From NCBI GenBank assembly GCA_963718665.1, contig OY970359.1, positions 160,001-224,000 on the forward strand: 64,000 nt of DNA. The letters are read 5' to 3'. How positions within the stretch are numbered: the stretch's first letter is position 1; each line of letters opens with the position of its first letter. The DNA is from an uncultured Phycisphaerales bacterium (GTDB lineage: Bacteria > Planctomycetota > Phycisphaerae > Sedimentisphaerales > Anaerobacaceae). Both the position numbers and the translations under genes were made by a program. The notes under the pieces were generated by a model. The model ran no database searches. It had not been told where the DNA came from and saw only the letters and a program-made list of their open reading frames with translations. Positions 40,732 through 50,182 of this stretch are shown here, piece after piece.

Positions 40732-41142
40732 CTATTGTCCCCGAACCTGAACCGTAAAATTCCTGCTCCTCGGCCCGTCAAATTCGCAGAAGTATATCCC
40801 CTGCCATGTCCCAAGAGCCAGTTGACTATCCTTTATCAAAACCGTTGTGCTGCAGCCGACAAGCGAACTTTTGCAGTGAGCGTCTGAGTTGCCCTCGTCG
40901 TGCCGATAGCCCGCGCGAAGATGAGGAATCAATTCTTCCAGAGTAAGCAAAATATCGTGGGTAACGGACGGGTCCGCATTTTCATTTATTGTAATGCCCG
41001 CCGTCGTATGGGGACAATATATTATCGCGTCGCCCTCTTTAACACCTGATTTACTAACAGCCGAAGCGACCTCGCTTGTTATGTCAACAAACTCGCAGTG
41101 ACTTTTCGTACTTATGTGAAAATCCTTAGTAATGATTTTCAT
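40732..41142 (-). CDS. yjbQ: YjbQ/UPF0047 family protein
   Basis: PHTTAGITINENADP, GNSDAH.KSSL, LGTWQGIYFCEFDGPR. Confidence 0.92.
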   Translation of the reverse strand: MKIITKDFHISTKSHCEFVDITSEVASAVSKSGVKEGDAIIYCPHTTAGITINENADPSVTHDILLTLEELIPHLRAGYRHDEGNSDAHCKSSLVGCSTTVLIKDSQLALGTWQGIYFCEFDGPRSRNFTVQVRGQ

Positions 41143-41151
41143 TATGCCCCC

Positions 41152-43011
41152 CTACATTTGCTCGATGACTTCGATACCCAGAAGATTATGCAGGCCGTGC
41201 TCGATTGTCTTCGCCGTCAAATCGCAAAGCAACAGGCGCGTTGGCCGTTTATCAGCAGATGCGTCAAGAACGGGACAATCATTATAAAAGCTGCTGAACC
41301 TCTGCGCAAGGTCATAAAGATATGCCGTAAGATAATTGGGCCTGTAATCACCCGCTGATGACTGCACCGCTTCGCCATAGCGAATCAAATGCTTCGCCAA
41401 ATCCAGCTCACTCGGCCCTGTAATGCTTAATGTCTTTATGCCCGCAAGCTCTCGCTCGATATCAATGTTCCTCTCGCCGGCCTTTCTCTCAATCGACCTT
41501 ATTCGAGCGTAGGCGTACTGCATATAGGGAGCGGTGTTGCCCTCCATCGCCAGCATCTTGTCGAAACTGAAAATATAATCGCTCGTCCGGTTATTTGTAT
41601 AATCTGCGTATTTCACCGCACCTATACCAACGGCGTTGGCAATTTTTTTCTTCTCATCTTCAGATAAACCCGGATTTTTCTCTTCGACAACCTTCCTCGC
41701 CCTATCGACTGCTTCATCCAAAAGCTCTTTGAGTTTTACGTTCTCGCCCGACCGCGTCTTTAAGGGTTTGCCATCCTCGCCAAGCACCGACCCAAAAGTA
41801 ACGTGAACCAGTTCGGTCTCCGGCTTAACCCACTTGGCCATTCTCGCTACCGCAAATACCATTTCAAAATGCAAACCCTGACGGGCATCGGTAACGTAAA
41901 TTATTTTATCCGCCTTCAATTCCCCTACCCGATATCGAATCGCCGCCAAATCAGTCGTCGCATACAAATACGCCCCATCGCTCTTTTGCACAATCACCGG
42001 CAGCGGTTTGCCTTCCTTATCCTTAAACCCCGCCTGTGGTGAGCCTGTCGAATCCACCGGAAAAACACACACCGCCCCTTCCGACTTTTCAGCAATACCA
42101 CGTTTTAATAACTCGTCTACAACTTTGTGTAACTCATCTTTATAAAAACTTTCACCACGAACATCTTCTTCGGTAAGCGTAGCATTTAAAAGGTCATATA
42201 TTCGTTGGCATTCTTTCAGCGTAATATCTCGCGCTTTTGACCAAAAGCTTAAGCAATCCGCTTTACCCTGTTGTAATCCCAATAAAATGTTTCTAGTTTC
42301 ATTTTCAACATCAGGATGCGGATTTTCGATGGATGCTTTATTTGCTCTAACATACAGCTCTTCCAATTGCTCTAAACTCAAATTAATTCTTTTGAGAGAT
42401 TCCTTTTCATATTCTGTGCGATTTGTTGAATATAGGTCAAAAAGATATTTATCATTATCAGTAAGATTAAAACACGCAACGCTAATTGCCTGAACCACCA
42501 TCCCCATTTGCAGGCCCCAGTCGCCGATGTGATTTTGGCGGATGACCTTGTGGCCCTGGAGCTCCAGCAATCGGCAGATACAGTCGCCTATGATTGTGCT
42601 GCGTAAATGCCCCACGTGCATTTGTTTGGCAATGTTGGGGCCTGAAAAATCGACGACGATTGTCTTCGGCTTTTCGGCCTTTTCTATACCAAGCCGGTCG
42701 GTGTCTTTGCTGATTTGCACAAGATTCGCCGAGACGAATCCGGGTTTCAATCGCAGGTTTATAAAGCCGGGGCCTGCTATTTCAGGCGTCTCGCAAATAT
42801 CGCTGATATCAAGTTTAGCGACGATTTGTTCAGCTAATTTTCGAGGATTGGTCTTGAGTTGTTTTGCTAAGGGCATTACGCCATTGACCTGATAATCGCC
42901 GAATTTGGCATCCGTTGCGGGCCGAACCAAAGCGACACATCCCGCCTGCCCGGAGACCTCGCCCATCACTTCGCTGATTCTCGTTTCAAGTATATTAAGA
43001 ACGGACTGCAT
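41152..43011 (-). CDS. argS: Arginyl-tRNA synthetase
   Basis: FGDYQ, PNIAKQMHVGHLRSTIIGD, KSDGAYLYATTD, EGNTAPYMQYAYAR. Confidence 0.96.
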   Translation of the reverse strand: MQSVLNILETRISEVMGEVSGQAGCVALVRPATDAKFGDYQVNGVMPLAKQLKTNPRKLAEQIVAKLDISDICETPEIAGPGFINLRLKPGFVSANLVQISKDTDRLGIEKAEKPKTIVVDFSGPNIAKQMHVGHLRSTIIGDCICRLLELQGHKVIRQNHIGDWGLQMGMVVQAISVACFNLTDNDKYLFDLYSTNRTEYEKESLKRINLSLEQLEELYVRANKASIENPHPDVENETRNILLGLQQGKADCLSFWSKARDITLKECQRIYDLLNATLTEEDVRGESFYKDELHKVVDELLKRGIAEKSEGAVCVFPVDSTGSPQAGFKDKEGKPLPVIVQKSDGAYLYATTDLAAIRYRVGELKADKIIYVTDARQGLHFEMVFAVARMAKWVKPETELVHVTFGSVLGEDGKPLKTRSGENVKLKELLDEAVDRARKVVEEKNPGLSEDEKKKIANAVGIGAVKYADYTNNRTSDYIFSFDKMLAMEGNTAPYMQYAYARIRSIERKAGERNIDIERELAGIKTLSITGPSELDLAKHLIRYGEAVQSSAGDYRPNYLTAYLYDLAQRFSSFYNDCPVLDASADKRPTRLLLCDLTAKTIEHGLHNLLGIEVIEQM

Positions 43012-43027
43012 CCACGACGACCCGCAA

Positions 43028-43102
43028 AATTCTAAATTCTTACTTCTTACTTCTAAATTTTTAATTATAATTCTCTGTGTGCTCTGTGTCCTCTGTGGCT
43101 AA
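43028..43102. repeat. Heptamer tract and 9-mer tract between rsfS and argS
   Basis: AATTCTA AATTCTT ACTTCTT ACTTCTA; CTCTGTGTG CTCTGTGTC CTCTGTGGC, with a near-identical 9-mer tract at 50117-50146. Confidence 0.75.
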
Positions 43103-43115
43103 AAAAACTCGGTGG

Positions 43116-43472
43116 CTAAATTTTGACTTTTTTCGCATCGCCCCAGAGCATTTCCAGGTCATAGTAGCCGCGTGACTGCTTATCGAAGATGTGGACGACA
43201 ACATCGACAAAATCGAGCAAAACCCAGTGCGAGGTCTCATAGCCCGCTCTGCCGAAAAGCGACGATTTTTGCTTTTTGGCGATGTCTGTTATCTCGTCAG
43301 CCACGCTTCGCATCTGCCTGTCGCTTGTGCCGGTAAGAATAACGAAATAATCGGTAACCTGCGAGACCTTCCGCAGGTCGAGGACGACGACGTCGGTGCA
43401 ATGCCGCTCGCCGGCTAATTTGGCCGCCGCGACCGCTAATGTCTTTGCCTTACGATTTAATTTTCTTATCAA
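43116..43472 (-). CDS. rsfS: Ribosome silencing factor
   Basis: TDYFVILTG.S.RQ, WVLLDFVDVVVHIF, YYDLEMLWGD. Confidence 0.94.
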   Translation of the reverse strand: MIRKLNRKAKTLAVAAAKLAGERHCTDVVVLDLRKVSQVTDYFVILTGTSDRQMRSVADEITDIAKKQKSSLFGRAGYETSHWVLLDFVDVVVHIFDKQSRGYYDLEMLWGDAKKVKI

Positions 43473-43506
43473 ACTGTCTTCCTGAAAATATCAATAAACG
43501 ACCACA

Positions 43507-43535
43507 ATAATACAATCAACCGTCCCGTAAGTCAA
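43507..43535 (-). promoter_or_regulatory. Sigma70 promoter of rsfS-argS
   Basis: TTGACT-N17-TATTAT. Confidence 0.65.
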
Positions 43536-43662
43536 TTGTCTGGCCTAACAACGCCGACTTCGCCCCCGAATTCCTTTACAAAATCGGAAAATAACTCTCA
43601 CATAGGGTGGGTTTTATCCCAGCGGAACACTATCCGCTATACGCTGCACGCTGAACGCTGAT

Positions 43663-44868
43663 TTACGTGTGATAATCCGCATTTATTGTCACATAACCCT
43701 TGCTGAGGTCGCAGCCGACGCAGAAATCACTGTATTTGCCCACGCCCAAATCAACCGTTATCGTGTGGCTTTTCTGTGAGACAATCTTGCTCGCTTTTTT
43801 GCGGTCGAAATTCGTCGGTGCTCCGTTTTTGAATACCGCTAAATCGTCGAGTTTGCAGGATACCTTTTGCGGATTCAGCTTAACGCCCGATGAGCCGACT
43901 GCGCAGATGATTCTGCCCCAGTTAGGGTCTCCGCCGTGAACTGCGCATTTGACCAAATCATAATCCGCGACCGCTCTTGCTGCCTTTGCCGCATCCGCCT
44001 GGTTTGCCGCACCTGTGATAATCACTTTAAATATCCGCGTCGCGCCCTCCGCATCGAGGGCCATTTGCTTGGCCAAATCCTGGCACAGGTCTATCAGCGC
44101 AGCCGCGAACTTCTTGTATGACGAATCCTGATTTTTTATCAGCTTATTTCCCGCTAAACCAGACGCGAGGATTATCGCCGTATCATTGGTGCTTTGATGG
44201 CCATCAACGGTTAGCTTATTCAGTGAATCGCCTATCGCTGCCTTGAGCGCCTTCGCTAGTAATGGTTTTGTAATCGCGGCATCGGTCGTTATAAAGCACA
44301 AAGTTGTCGCCATATTCGGCCCAATCATCCCCGCGCCCTTGGTTGTCCCGGCTATTACGATTTTCTTACCAGATATCTCAATCCGCCGACAGGCAATCTT
44401 GGCTTTGGTATCCGTTGTCATTATCGCCTTTGTAAAATTCATCCCCGCTGTCGCTGAATCCGACAACTCCCCTATCGCGTCTTCGATACCCGCAGTAACG
44501 TTTCCCATCGGCAAATGCTCGCCGATGATACCCGTTGAGGCAACCAAAACCTCGTGCGGGTCAACCACAAGATAACCGGCAGTTTCCGCGCACATTCGGA
44601 CTGCCGTTTTGATTCCCTTTTCACCCGTGCAGGCGTTAGCATTGCCCGAATTGACAACCACCGCGTAAATCGTATCGCTTTTGGCGTGCTTTTGACTAAT
44701 CTGCACCGCCGCCGAGATGATTTTATTCGTCGTGAACACTGCCGCCGCCTTCGCCCCGGCCGGGCAGACAATCATTCCCAAATCGTGCTTACCCGATTTT
44801 TTTATCCCGCACTTCACACCCGAAGCCAGAAAACCCTTCGGAGCAGTTACCGTATTATCAACACTCAT
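43663..44868 (-). CDS. argJ: Ornithine acetyltransferase
   Basis: NSGNANACTG, IMTTDT, KGAGMIGPNMA|TTL, DPNWGR, INADYHT. Confidence 0.96.
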   Translation of the reverse strand: MSVDNTVTAPKGFLASGVKCGIKKSGKHDLGMIVCPAGAKAAAVFTTNKIISAAVQISQKHAKSDTIYAVVVNSGNANACTGEKGIKTAVRMCAETAGYLVVDPHEVLVASTGIIGEHLPMGNVTAGIEDAIGELSDSATAGMNFTKAIMTTDTKAKIACRRIEISGKKIVIAGTTKGAGMIGPNMATTLCFITTDAAITKPLLAKALKAAIGDSLNKLTVDGHQSTNDTAIILASGLAGNKLIKNQDSSYKKFAAALIDLCQDLAKQMALDAEGATRIFKVIITGAANQADAAKAARAVADYDLVKCAVHGGDPNWGRIICAVGSSGVKLNPQKVSCKLDDLAVFKNGAPTNFDRKKASKIVSQKSHTITVDLGVGKYSDFCVGCDLSKGYVTINADYHT

Positions 44869-44901
44869 TATTCACACCTCTTTATTGTCTCGTTGTTTGT
44901 C

Positions 44902-45720
44902 CTATCCGTTGCTAAGTTTGCCTGCGATAGCGATTTCACGAAAACCCGCCATCGGGTCGTAAAATTTCTTACTCAAATCAACGGCGTTTACCATAACGCC
45001 CGCTTTATTCTGCTCCAACTGTCCCGCAATCACCCCATCGGGCTGTATAAAACACGATGGATACGGCGAATAATATCCCGACGCATTTGATATACTCACC
45101 CAGAAATGGTTCGTCGCCGCGTGACACTGCATCGTCTGCCTCATAATATGCGTATGCACGCTTGGCCCTTTTTGCCGGGCGTTATAAAACGATTGAAATA
45201 CACAGTTAACCCCCTGCTTATACAACGCCCTGTATAATTCAGGGAAACGCAAATCGAAACAAATCAGCAGCGAACACTTCACACCATTTATGGTAAAAAA
45301 TACGAACCTGTTGCCGGGCGCAAATCGCCGTATTTCCCCAGCCGTGCAAAACCGCTTGTCATATCTGTCAACCATTTCCCCGTCGGAGTTTATTAGATAA
45401 AGGCAGTTATATGGTTTATCAGGACTGGTTAGCGGATGAACACTGCCCAAAACTACCCACAGTTTCAATTTGCCTGCCAATGTCATTATCCTGCTGGTTT
45501 CCTTTTCGAGGAGTTCCCAGTCGAAACCATCGAAGTTGGGAAAATCAAAACCGATATAGCCCGCCAATGCACACTCCGGAAAATGCGCAATCTCCGCCCC
45601 GGCCTTTTTGGCCTTTTGCATTTGAACGCAAATCTGCTGCGCATTCCGCGTAATCGATGCGCTCACAGCAAACTGACACGTCGCTATTTTGATATTACTT
45701 TTCACCTTTTTCAGTCTCAC
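44902..45720 (-). CDS. Carbon-nitrogen hydrolase (nitrilase family)
   Basis: FPE, YDK, ICFDLRFPE catalytic triad. Confidence 0.9.
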   Translation of the reverse strand: MRLKKVKSNIKIATCQFAVSASITRNAQQICVQMQKAKKAGAEIAHFPECALAGYIGFDFPNFDGFDWELLEKETSRIMTLAGKLKLWVVLGSVHPLTSPDKPYNCLYLINSDGEMVDRYDKRFCTAGEIRRFAPGNRFVFFTINGVKCSLLICFDLRFPELYRALYKQGVNCVFQSFYNARQKGPSVHTHIMRQTMQCHAATNHFWVSISNASGYYSPYPSCFIQPDGVIAGQLEQNKAGVMVNAVDLSKKFYDPMAGFREIAIAGKLSNG

Positions 45721-45737
45721 ATAATCAACCTAATTTT

Positions 45738-46541
45738 TTAAGAAGGTAAGGCGTAAACAATATCAGAGAACGATTTTTCGATATTACCTTTTGGGAAGGT
45801 TATGTGTTCATAATCAGTCCCAATGATGCCTTTTTTAAAATCGATTCCATCCTCACAAATTATGATTATGTACTTGTTGTGCGCCATCGCAAATGTCGTT
45901 TCACCAATTATCCAAGAACTATCTCCTGGAGTAACGAGACAAAGAAAAATATCTTGTGAGAAGATACGATCTTTAATTTTTTGTGGTATATCTCGCGCTT
46001 CATATCCTTCACCTTCAACGATTTGAAACCCAATTCTTCGAAGAAGCTTTTCTAATGCAGCGCTAATATTTCTTCCGCTTTCATCAAATCTATGCGCCAT
46101 AAAAATCGTTTTCTTCAGATTATATCGAGATAGATATGGAGATTTTTCAGGGGTCGGATTAGACGCCTGAAAGATTCTGCGTGACTGCTCATGTAATCCA
46201 TCGAGAAAAGTTAAATCGTCTGCCTCTATATCTAAAGTAATACTCGAAGATGTTAATCGAATACCCCACATGATTTCCTGTTTACCTTTTTTGTTTTTCC
46301 AATGAGAGTGGACATTAACTTCTTGGGGATTTGGATGTTTTCTAAGAATTTTCAAAATATCAGCGTAGTTACGACCTTGAAGCCACTGCTTATCATCCAA
46401 ATCAACGTGATACTTGTCGTTGGAACATACTCCAGTGCGCTCTTCAAATCCTGTTTCGGTAAAATAGGTCTCAATATCACAAAACGCATTTAATAAATTG
46501 AGAGTGCTTGGGTAAATTGAGTATTTTCTACCATCACGCAT
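45738..46541 (-). CDS. AT-rich protein with C-terminal TIR-like/nucleotide-hydrolase domain
   Basis: KTIFMAHRF..IKDRI..DIFLCLVT..SSWIIGETTFAMAHNKYIIII. Confidence 0.6.
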   Translation of the reverse strand: MRDGRKYSIYPSTLNLLNAFCDIETYFTETGFEERTGVCSNDKYHVDLDDKQWLQGRNYADILKILRKHPNPQEVNVHSHWKNKKGKQEIMWGIRLTSSSITLDIEADDLTFLDGLHEQSRRIFQASNPTPEKSPYLSRYNLKKTIFMAHRFDESGRNISAALEKLLRRIGFQIVEGEGYEARDIPQKIKDRIFSQDIFLCLVTPGDSSWIIGETTFAMAHNKYIIIICEDGIDFKKGIIGTDYEHITFPKGNIEKSFSDIVYALPS

Positions 46542-46566
46542 ACTTTCCTCAATTCTTTAATAGAGT

Positions 46567-47574
46567 TTATTTTAATCCCAGTGTTTCATCCAAACCGAAA
46601 ATTATATTCATATTCTGAATCGCCTGGCCCGATGCGCCTTTAATCAGGTTATCGATAGCCGAGAAGCAAACGACCGTCCCTTTTACGACCGTCGGGAAAA
46701 CGTGGCAGTAATTTGTCCCCGCAACGTCCTTGACGTTCGGGCTGCCCTCGCAAACCTGCACAAACGGCTCACCCGCGTAAAAATCCTTATATAGCTTGGC
46801 CAAATCGTCGTTGTACACCTTGTCCTTCGGCTTGCAATACACCGTCGAAAAAATCCCGCGGTCGAAAGGCCCTGCGTGCGGCTGAAACAGAACACCCACC
46901 CATTTACCCCCCACCTCTACCGCAATCTGCTCTATCTCAGGCAAATGCCGGTGCGTCCCGATGCCGTATGCAAATATATTCTCGTTCATATTCGGGTAAT
47001 GAAATTTAACAGACGGATTTTTACCCGCGCCGGATACGCCAGTCACGGCGTTGACGATAATCTCATAAGGATCTATCAGCCCCTTTTTCAAAAGCGGCGC
47101 AATCGCCAGAATCGCCCCCGTTGGAAAACAGCCGGGATTGGCTACAAGCTGAGCGCCTTTTATTTTATCACGGAAAAGCTCCGGCAGACCATAAACAGCC
47201 TTGGCCAGATTGCCCGTGTCAGTGTGCTTTTGATAAAACTTCTCATACACCGCCACGTCCTTTATCCGGTAGTCCGCGCTGAAATCGACAACCTTCATCC
47301 CCGCCTCCAGCATCTTCGGCACAAAGCCCATCGATACCTTATGAGGCAGGCAGCACAACGCAACGTCCGCCACGTCCGCCAGCTTTTCCAAATCCAGCGG
47401 CGTAACCTCCATTTCGCAGCGGCCCTTGAATCGCCCGAATATATCGCTGATAAGTCCGCACTCTTCAGGCAGCGCGCTCAAATACGTCAGTTTCGCCCCG
47501 CTGTGCCGAAGCAGTATCTCAATCGACTCCGCGCCCGTATATCCGCTTGCCCCGATAATCGCAACACGTACCAT
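46567..47574 (-). CDS. argC: N-acetyl-gamma-glutamyl-phosphate reductase
   Basis: IIGASGYTG, SADYR, VANPGCFPT, GVSGAG, DNLIKGASGQA. Confidence 0.96.
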   Translation of the reverse strand: MVRVAIIGASGYTGAESIEILLRHSGAKLTYLSALPEECGLISDIFGRFKGRCEMEVTPLDLEKLADVADVALCCLPHKVSMGFVPKMLEAGMKVVDFSADYRIKDVAVYEKFYQKHTDTGNLAKAVYGLPELFRDKIKGAQLVANPGCFPTGAILAIAPLLKKGLIDPYEIIVNAVTGVSGAGKNPSVKFHYPNMNENIFAYGIGTHRHLPEIEQIAVEVGGKWVGVLFQPHAGPFDRGIFSTVYCKPKDKVYNDDLAKLYKDFYAGEPFVQVCEGSPNVKDVAGTNYCHVFPTVVKGTVVCFSAIDNLIKGASGQAIQNMNIIFGLDETLGLK

Positions 47575-47585
47575 ATTTTCTCCTT

Positions 47586-47618
47586 AAAAAAAAGCCGTCG
47601 AGTATTGTTCTCGACGGC
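47586..47618 (-). terminator. Intrinsic terminator after rpsI
   Basis: GCCGTCGAG-N7-CTCGACGGC followed by T8 on the minus strand. Confidence 0.85.
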
Positions 47619-47664
47619 CATTGTAATAATCAAATTGTAGTTTTGCAAACCTGCCCCCAAGGGG

Positions 47665-48120
47665 TTAGCGTTTCGAGAACTGGTATCTCTTTCGAGCGCC
47701 CGACTGGCCGGCTTTCTTCCTTTCGACCATTCTCGGGTCGCGTGTCAGGAATCCGCTTTCGCGCAGCATCTGGGCAAGACTCGGGTCGTATATCTTCAGC
47801 GCCCTTGCTATTCCCAGCACCGTCGCGCCCGCCTGCCCCGTCGTGCCGCCGCCGTTTACGTTGACAAATACGTCAAGCGTCTTTTCGGCTTTGGCCGCCG
47901 CAAGCGGAGCCATCACTGCGCTTCTGTCCTGGTCGCTCCTGAAAAAATTATTAAGCTCCCTCTTATTGATGAGCATCTTGCCGTCGCCGGGTCTTATCCG
48001 CACACGGGCAACCGATGTTTTTCTTCTGCCTGTGCCCCAGTAAAAACCGCCCTTATCTGGCCCTTTTGCCGCCGGAGCCGGCGTCTCTGTTTTTACTACT
48101 GTTTCCTTTGCCTTTGCCAT
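47665..48120 (-). CDS. rpsI: 30S ribosomal protein S9
   Basis: GTGRRKTSVARV, GGGTTGQAGA, LTRDPRMVERKK, QFSKR. Confidence 0.97.
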   Translation of the reverse strand: MAKAKETVVKTETPAPAAKGPDKGGFYWGTGRRKTSVARVRIRPGDGKMLINKRELNNFFRSDQDRSAVMAPLAAAKAEKTLDVFVNVNGGGTTGQAGATVLGIARALKIYDPSLAQMLRESGFLTRDPRMVERKKAGQSGARKRYQFSKR

Positions 48121-48142
48121 AACCTGCTATCTTTCCGAAAAA

Positions 48143-48577
48143 TTATATCTTCATCTCTTCGGGTTTTTGCGCCTGATACGTATGTTCCGGCCCGCGGACA
48201 ATCTTGAGCCGAAGAATCATATGCCTGCCTAATTTGTTCTTCGGCAGCATCCTTTTGACCGACATCTCGATTACCTTTTCGGGTTTCGATTTGAACATAT
48301 CCGCGAACGTCGTGTATCGGTGTCCGCCCGGATAATGCGTGAAATAATCGTATTCCCGCTGTTCGGCTTTTGCGCCCGTAACGCGGACCTTTTCGGCATT
48401 AACGACGACTACACAATCGCCGCCGTCAACGTAAGGCGTATATGTCGGCCTGTTCTTGCCCATCAGTATCCGGGCTATCCTGGTTGACATTCTGCCAAGA
48501 ACCAACCCATCGGCGTTTACCAGCCACCACTTACGCTGGGCCTGCACTTCTTCTGCTTTCATCATAAACGTCTTCAT
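48143..48577 (-). CDS. rplM: 50S ribosomal protein L13
   Basis: LGRMSTRIA..LMGKNRPTYTP, GDCVVVVNAEK, MLPKNKLG. Confidence 0.97.
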   Translation of the reverse strand: MKTFMMKAEEVQAQRKWWLVNADGLVLGRMSTRIARILMGKNRPTYTPYVDGGDCVVVVNAEKVRVTGAKAEQREYDYFTHYPGGHRYTTFADMFKSKPEKVIEMSVKRMLPKNKLGRHMILRLKIVRGPEHTYQAQKPEEMKI

Positions 48578-48608
48578 ACGAACTCCATACAATCATCTAA
48601 AGCCCCTT

Positions 48609-48636
48609 ATTTTAGCGAATTTCGACGATATGTCAA
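48609..48636 (-). promoter_or_regulatory. Sigma70 promoter of rplM-rpsI
   Basis: TTGACA-N16-TAAAAT. Confidence 0.7.
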
Positions 48637-48699
48637 ATGCCTAAATGCCTTTTTTAAAGATTTTTTCCCATTTACCTGTTTTGGGCGGATTTAGCTACC

Positions 48700-48880
48700 G
48701 CGCAGCGTCATTCCGAGCGAAGTCGAGGAATCTGTTAAAATCTTTTGCCCTTGGCATCCTTATCCGTATTTAGTATTTGTAGGGCATGTTTTCCCCCGCC
48801 TCCGGCGGCTTCCGAATATACGACACGTAGCGAAGCGCAGGGCCCGCTTCGGCAATACTAACGACTATCGACTACTAACT
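48700..48880. repeat. Cluster of REP-like fragments and heptamer tracts
   Basis: GTCATTCCGAGCGAAGTCGAGGAATC palindrome; CCGCCTCCGGCGG; ACTAACG ACTATCG ACTACTA. Confidence 0.6.
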
Positions 48881-48986
48881 GTTCACTGAACGCTGTAAAA
48901 TTAACTGGACAGACGCCTCCGCCGGAGATATTCTCATTTGGTACGGAAATCCAATAAAAAACCATTTTTTTAAGGAGAGGCGAATT

Positions 48987-49736
48987 ATGAAGTCAATCAG
49001 AGCAATTCTGGCAGTCGCGGCACTTGCGGTCGTTTTGTCGGCATCGGTTGTGATAGCGGCCCAGGGCGTTACCGGCGAATGGAATTTCACAAGCAAATTC
49101 GAGGCCATGACATCTGACGCGACAATGACAATTACCAAAAACGCGGACGGCAAATACACCGGGACGTGGTCAGCGCAATGGGGTGAAAGCACACTATCGG
49201 ATATTACGGCAGATGCCGGCAAAGTTAAATTCACCCAGACCAGCAACTTCGGCGGCCAGGATATGAAAACCTCTTACGAAGGCACTCTCGAAGGCGGAAA
49301 ACTCAAGGGCGCAGCCAAAGGCCCCTGGGGTGAGTTTACTTTTGAAGGAACTCGCGGAGAAACAAAAAACCAGGCAGACCCCCTCGTCGGCGAATGGCAA
49401 ATGAATATTATGATCCCAGCCAGAGAAATCGTTGAGAAATTGACCATAACCCAAAACGCCGATGGCAACCTCGCAGGTAAATGGGAAGGAATGCGTGGTG
49501 GAGAAAATACAATCTCCAATTTGAAATTCGCCGACGGCAAACTGACGTTTACGCGCACCAGCAAAATGGGCGGCAACGACTTTACATCGACCTTCACGGG
49601 CACTGTTACAGGCGACACGATAAAGGGCTCTTTCAGCAGTGACTTTGGCGAAAGGGAAGCAACCGCCTCGCGCGCCGCCGCTAAAATGGAAATGCCAAAG
49701 GCCGAACCAAATAAACCCCCTCCCCCCAAAAGATAG
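48987..49736 (+). CDS. Secreted protein with two repeated beta domains
   Basis: Signal peptide; two units of GEW..TIT.NADG...G.W....GE.T.S......GK..FT.TS..GG.D. Confidence 0.85.
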   Translation: MKSIRAILAVAALAVVLSASVVIAAQGVTGEWNFTSKFEAMTSDATMTITKNADGKYTGTWSAQWGESTLSDITADAGKVKFTQTSNFGGQDMKTSYEGTLEGGKLKGAAKGPWGEFTFEGTRGETKNQADPLVGEWQMNIMIPAREIVEKLTITQNADGNLAGKWEGMRGGENTISNLKFADGKLTFTRTSKMGGNDFTSTFTGTVTGDTIKGSFSSDFGEREATASRAAAKMEMPKAEPNKPPPPKR

Positions 49737-49756
49737 GGTTATTCTTTCCGAATCCG

Positions 49757-49798
49757 TATTTAGCCCCGTCATCATCGCCGAAGGCGTGTGACGGGGTT
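49757..49798 (+). repeat. REP-like palindrome, family A (copies at 50764-50802 inverted, 51327-51610, 51715-51756, 61399-61428 inverted)
   Basis: Shared arms TTTAGCCCCGYCA...TGRCGGGGTT around variable internal hairpins. Confidence 0.85.
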
Positions 49799-50182
49799 TT
49801 GGTATGCTGTTAATTTAGGCAATTTAATCATCCCCCATCGCCAAGAGCTACGGCGGGACAGGCACGCTCACACGCGAGGGTCAAAAAAAATCCGGCGACT
49901 CTCTAAATATTTTTTTATTCTTTACAGCAAAAGAACTTACCGATTTTGGGCATAAAAATAATATGTCGTAACTCCTTAAAACCCACGCAATTTCACCCTA
50001 TATATAGAGGGACGTTGTTCCTCTGTAGCAGCGCAGAAGCACAAAACATTTCGCCCCGGGTGGGCACGGTCGCAGGAACAGAAGTTCCATTTCGGATTTC
50101 AATTAAACCAGAAAAACTCTGTGAACTCTGTGCCCTCTGTGGCTGAAAAATTTGCTCTGTGGCAAGAAAGGGAGAGGACAGT

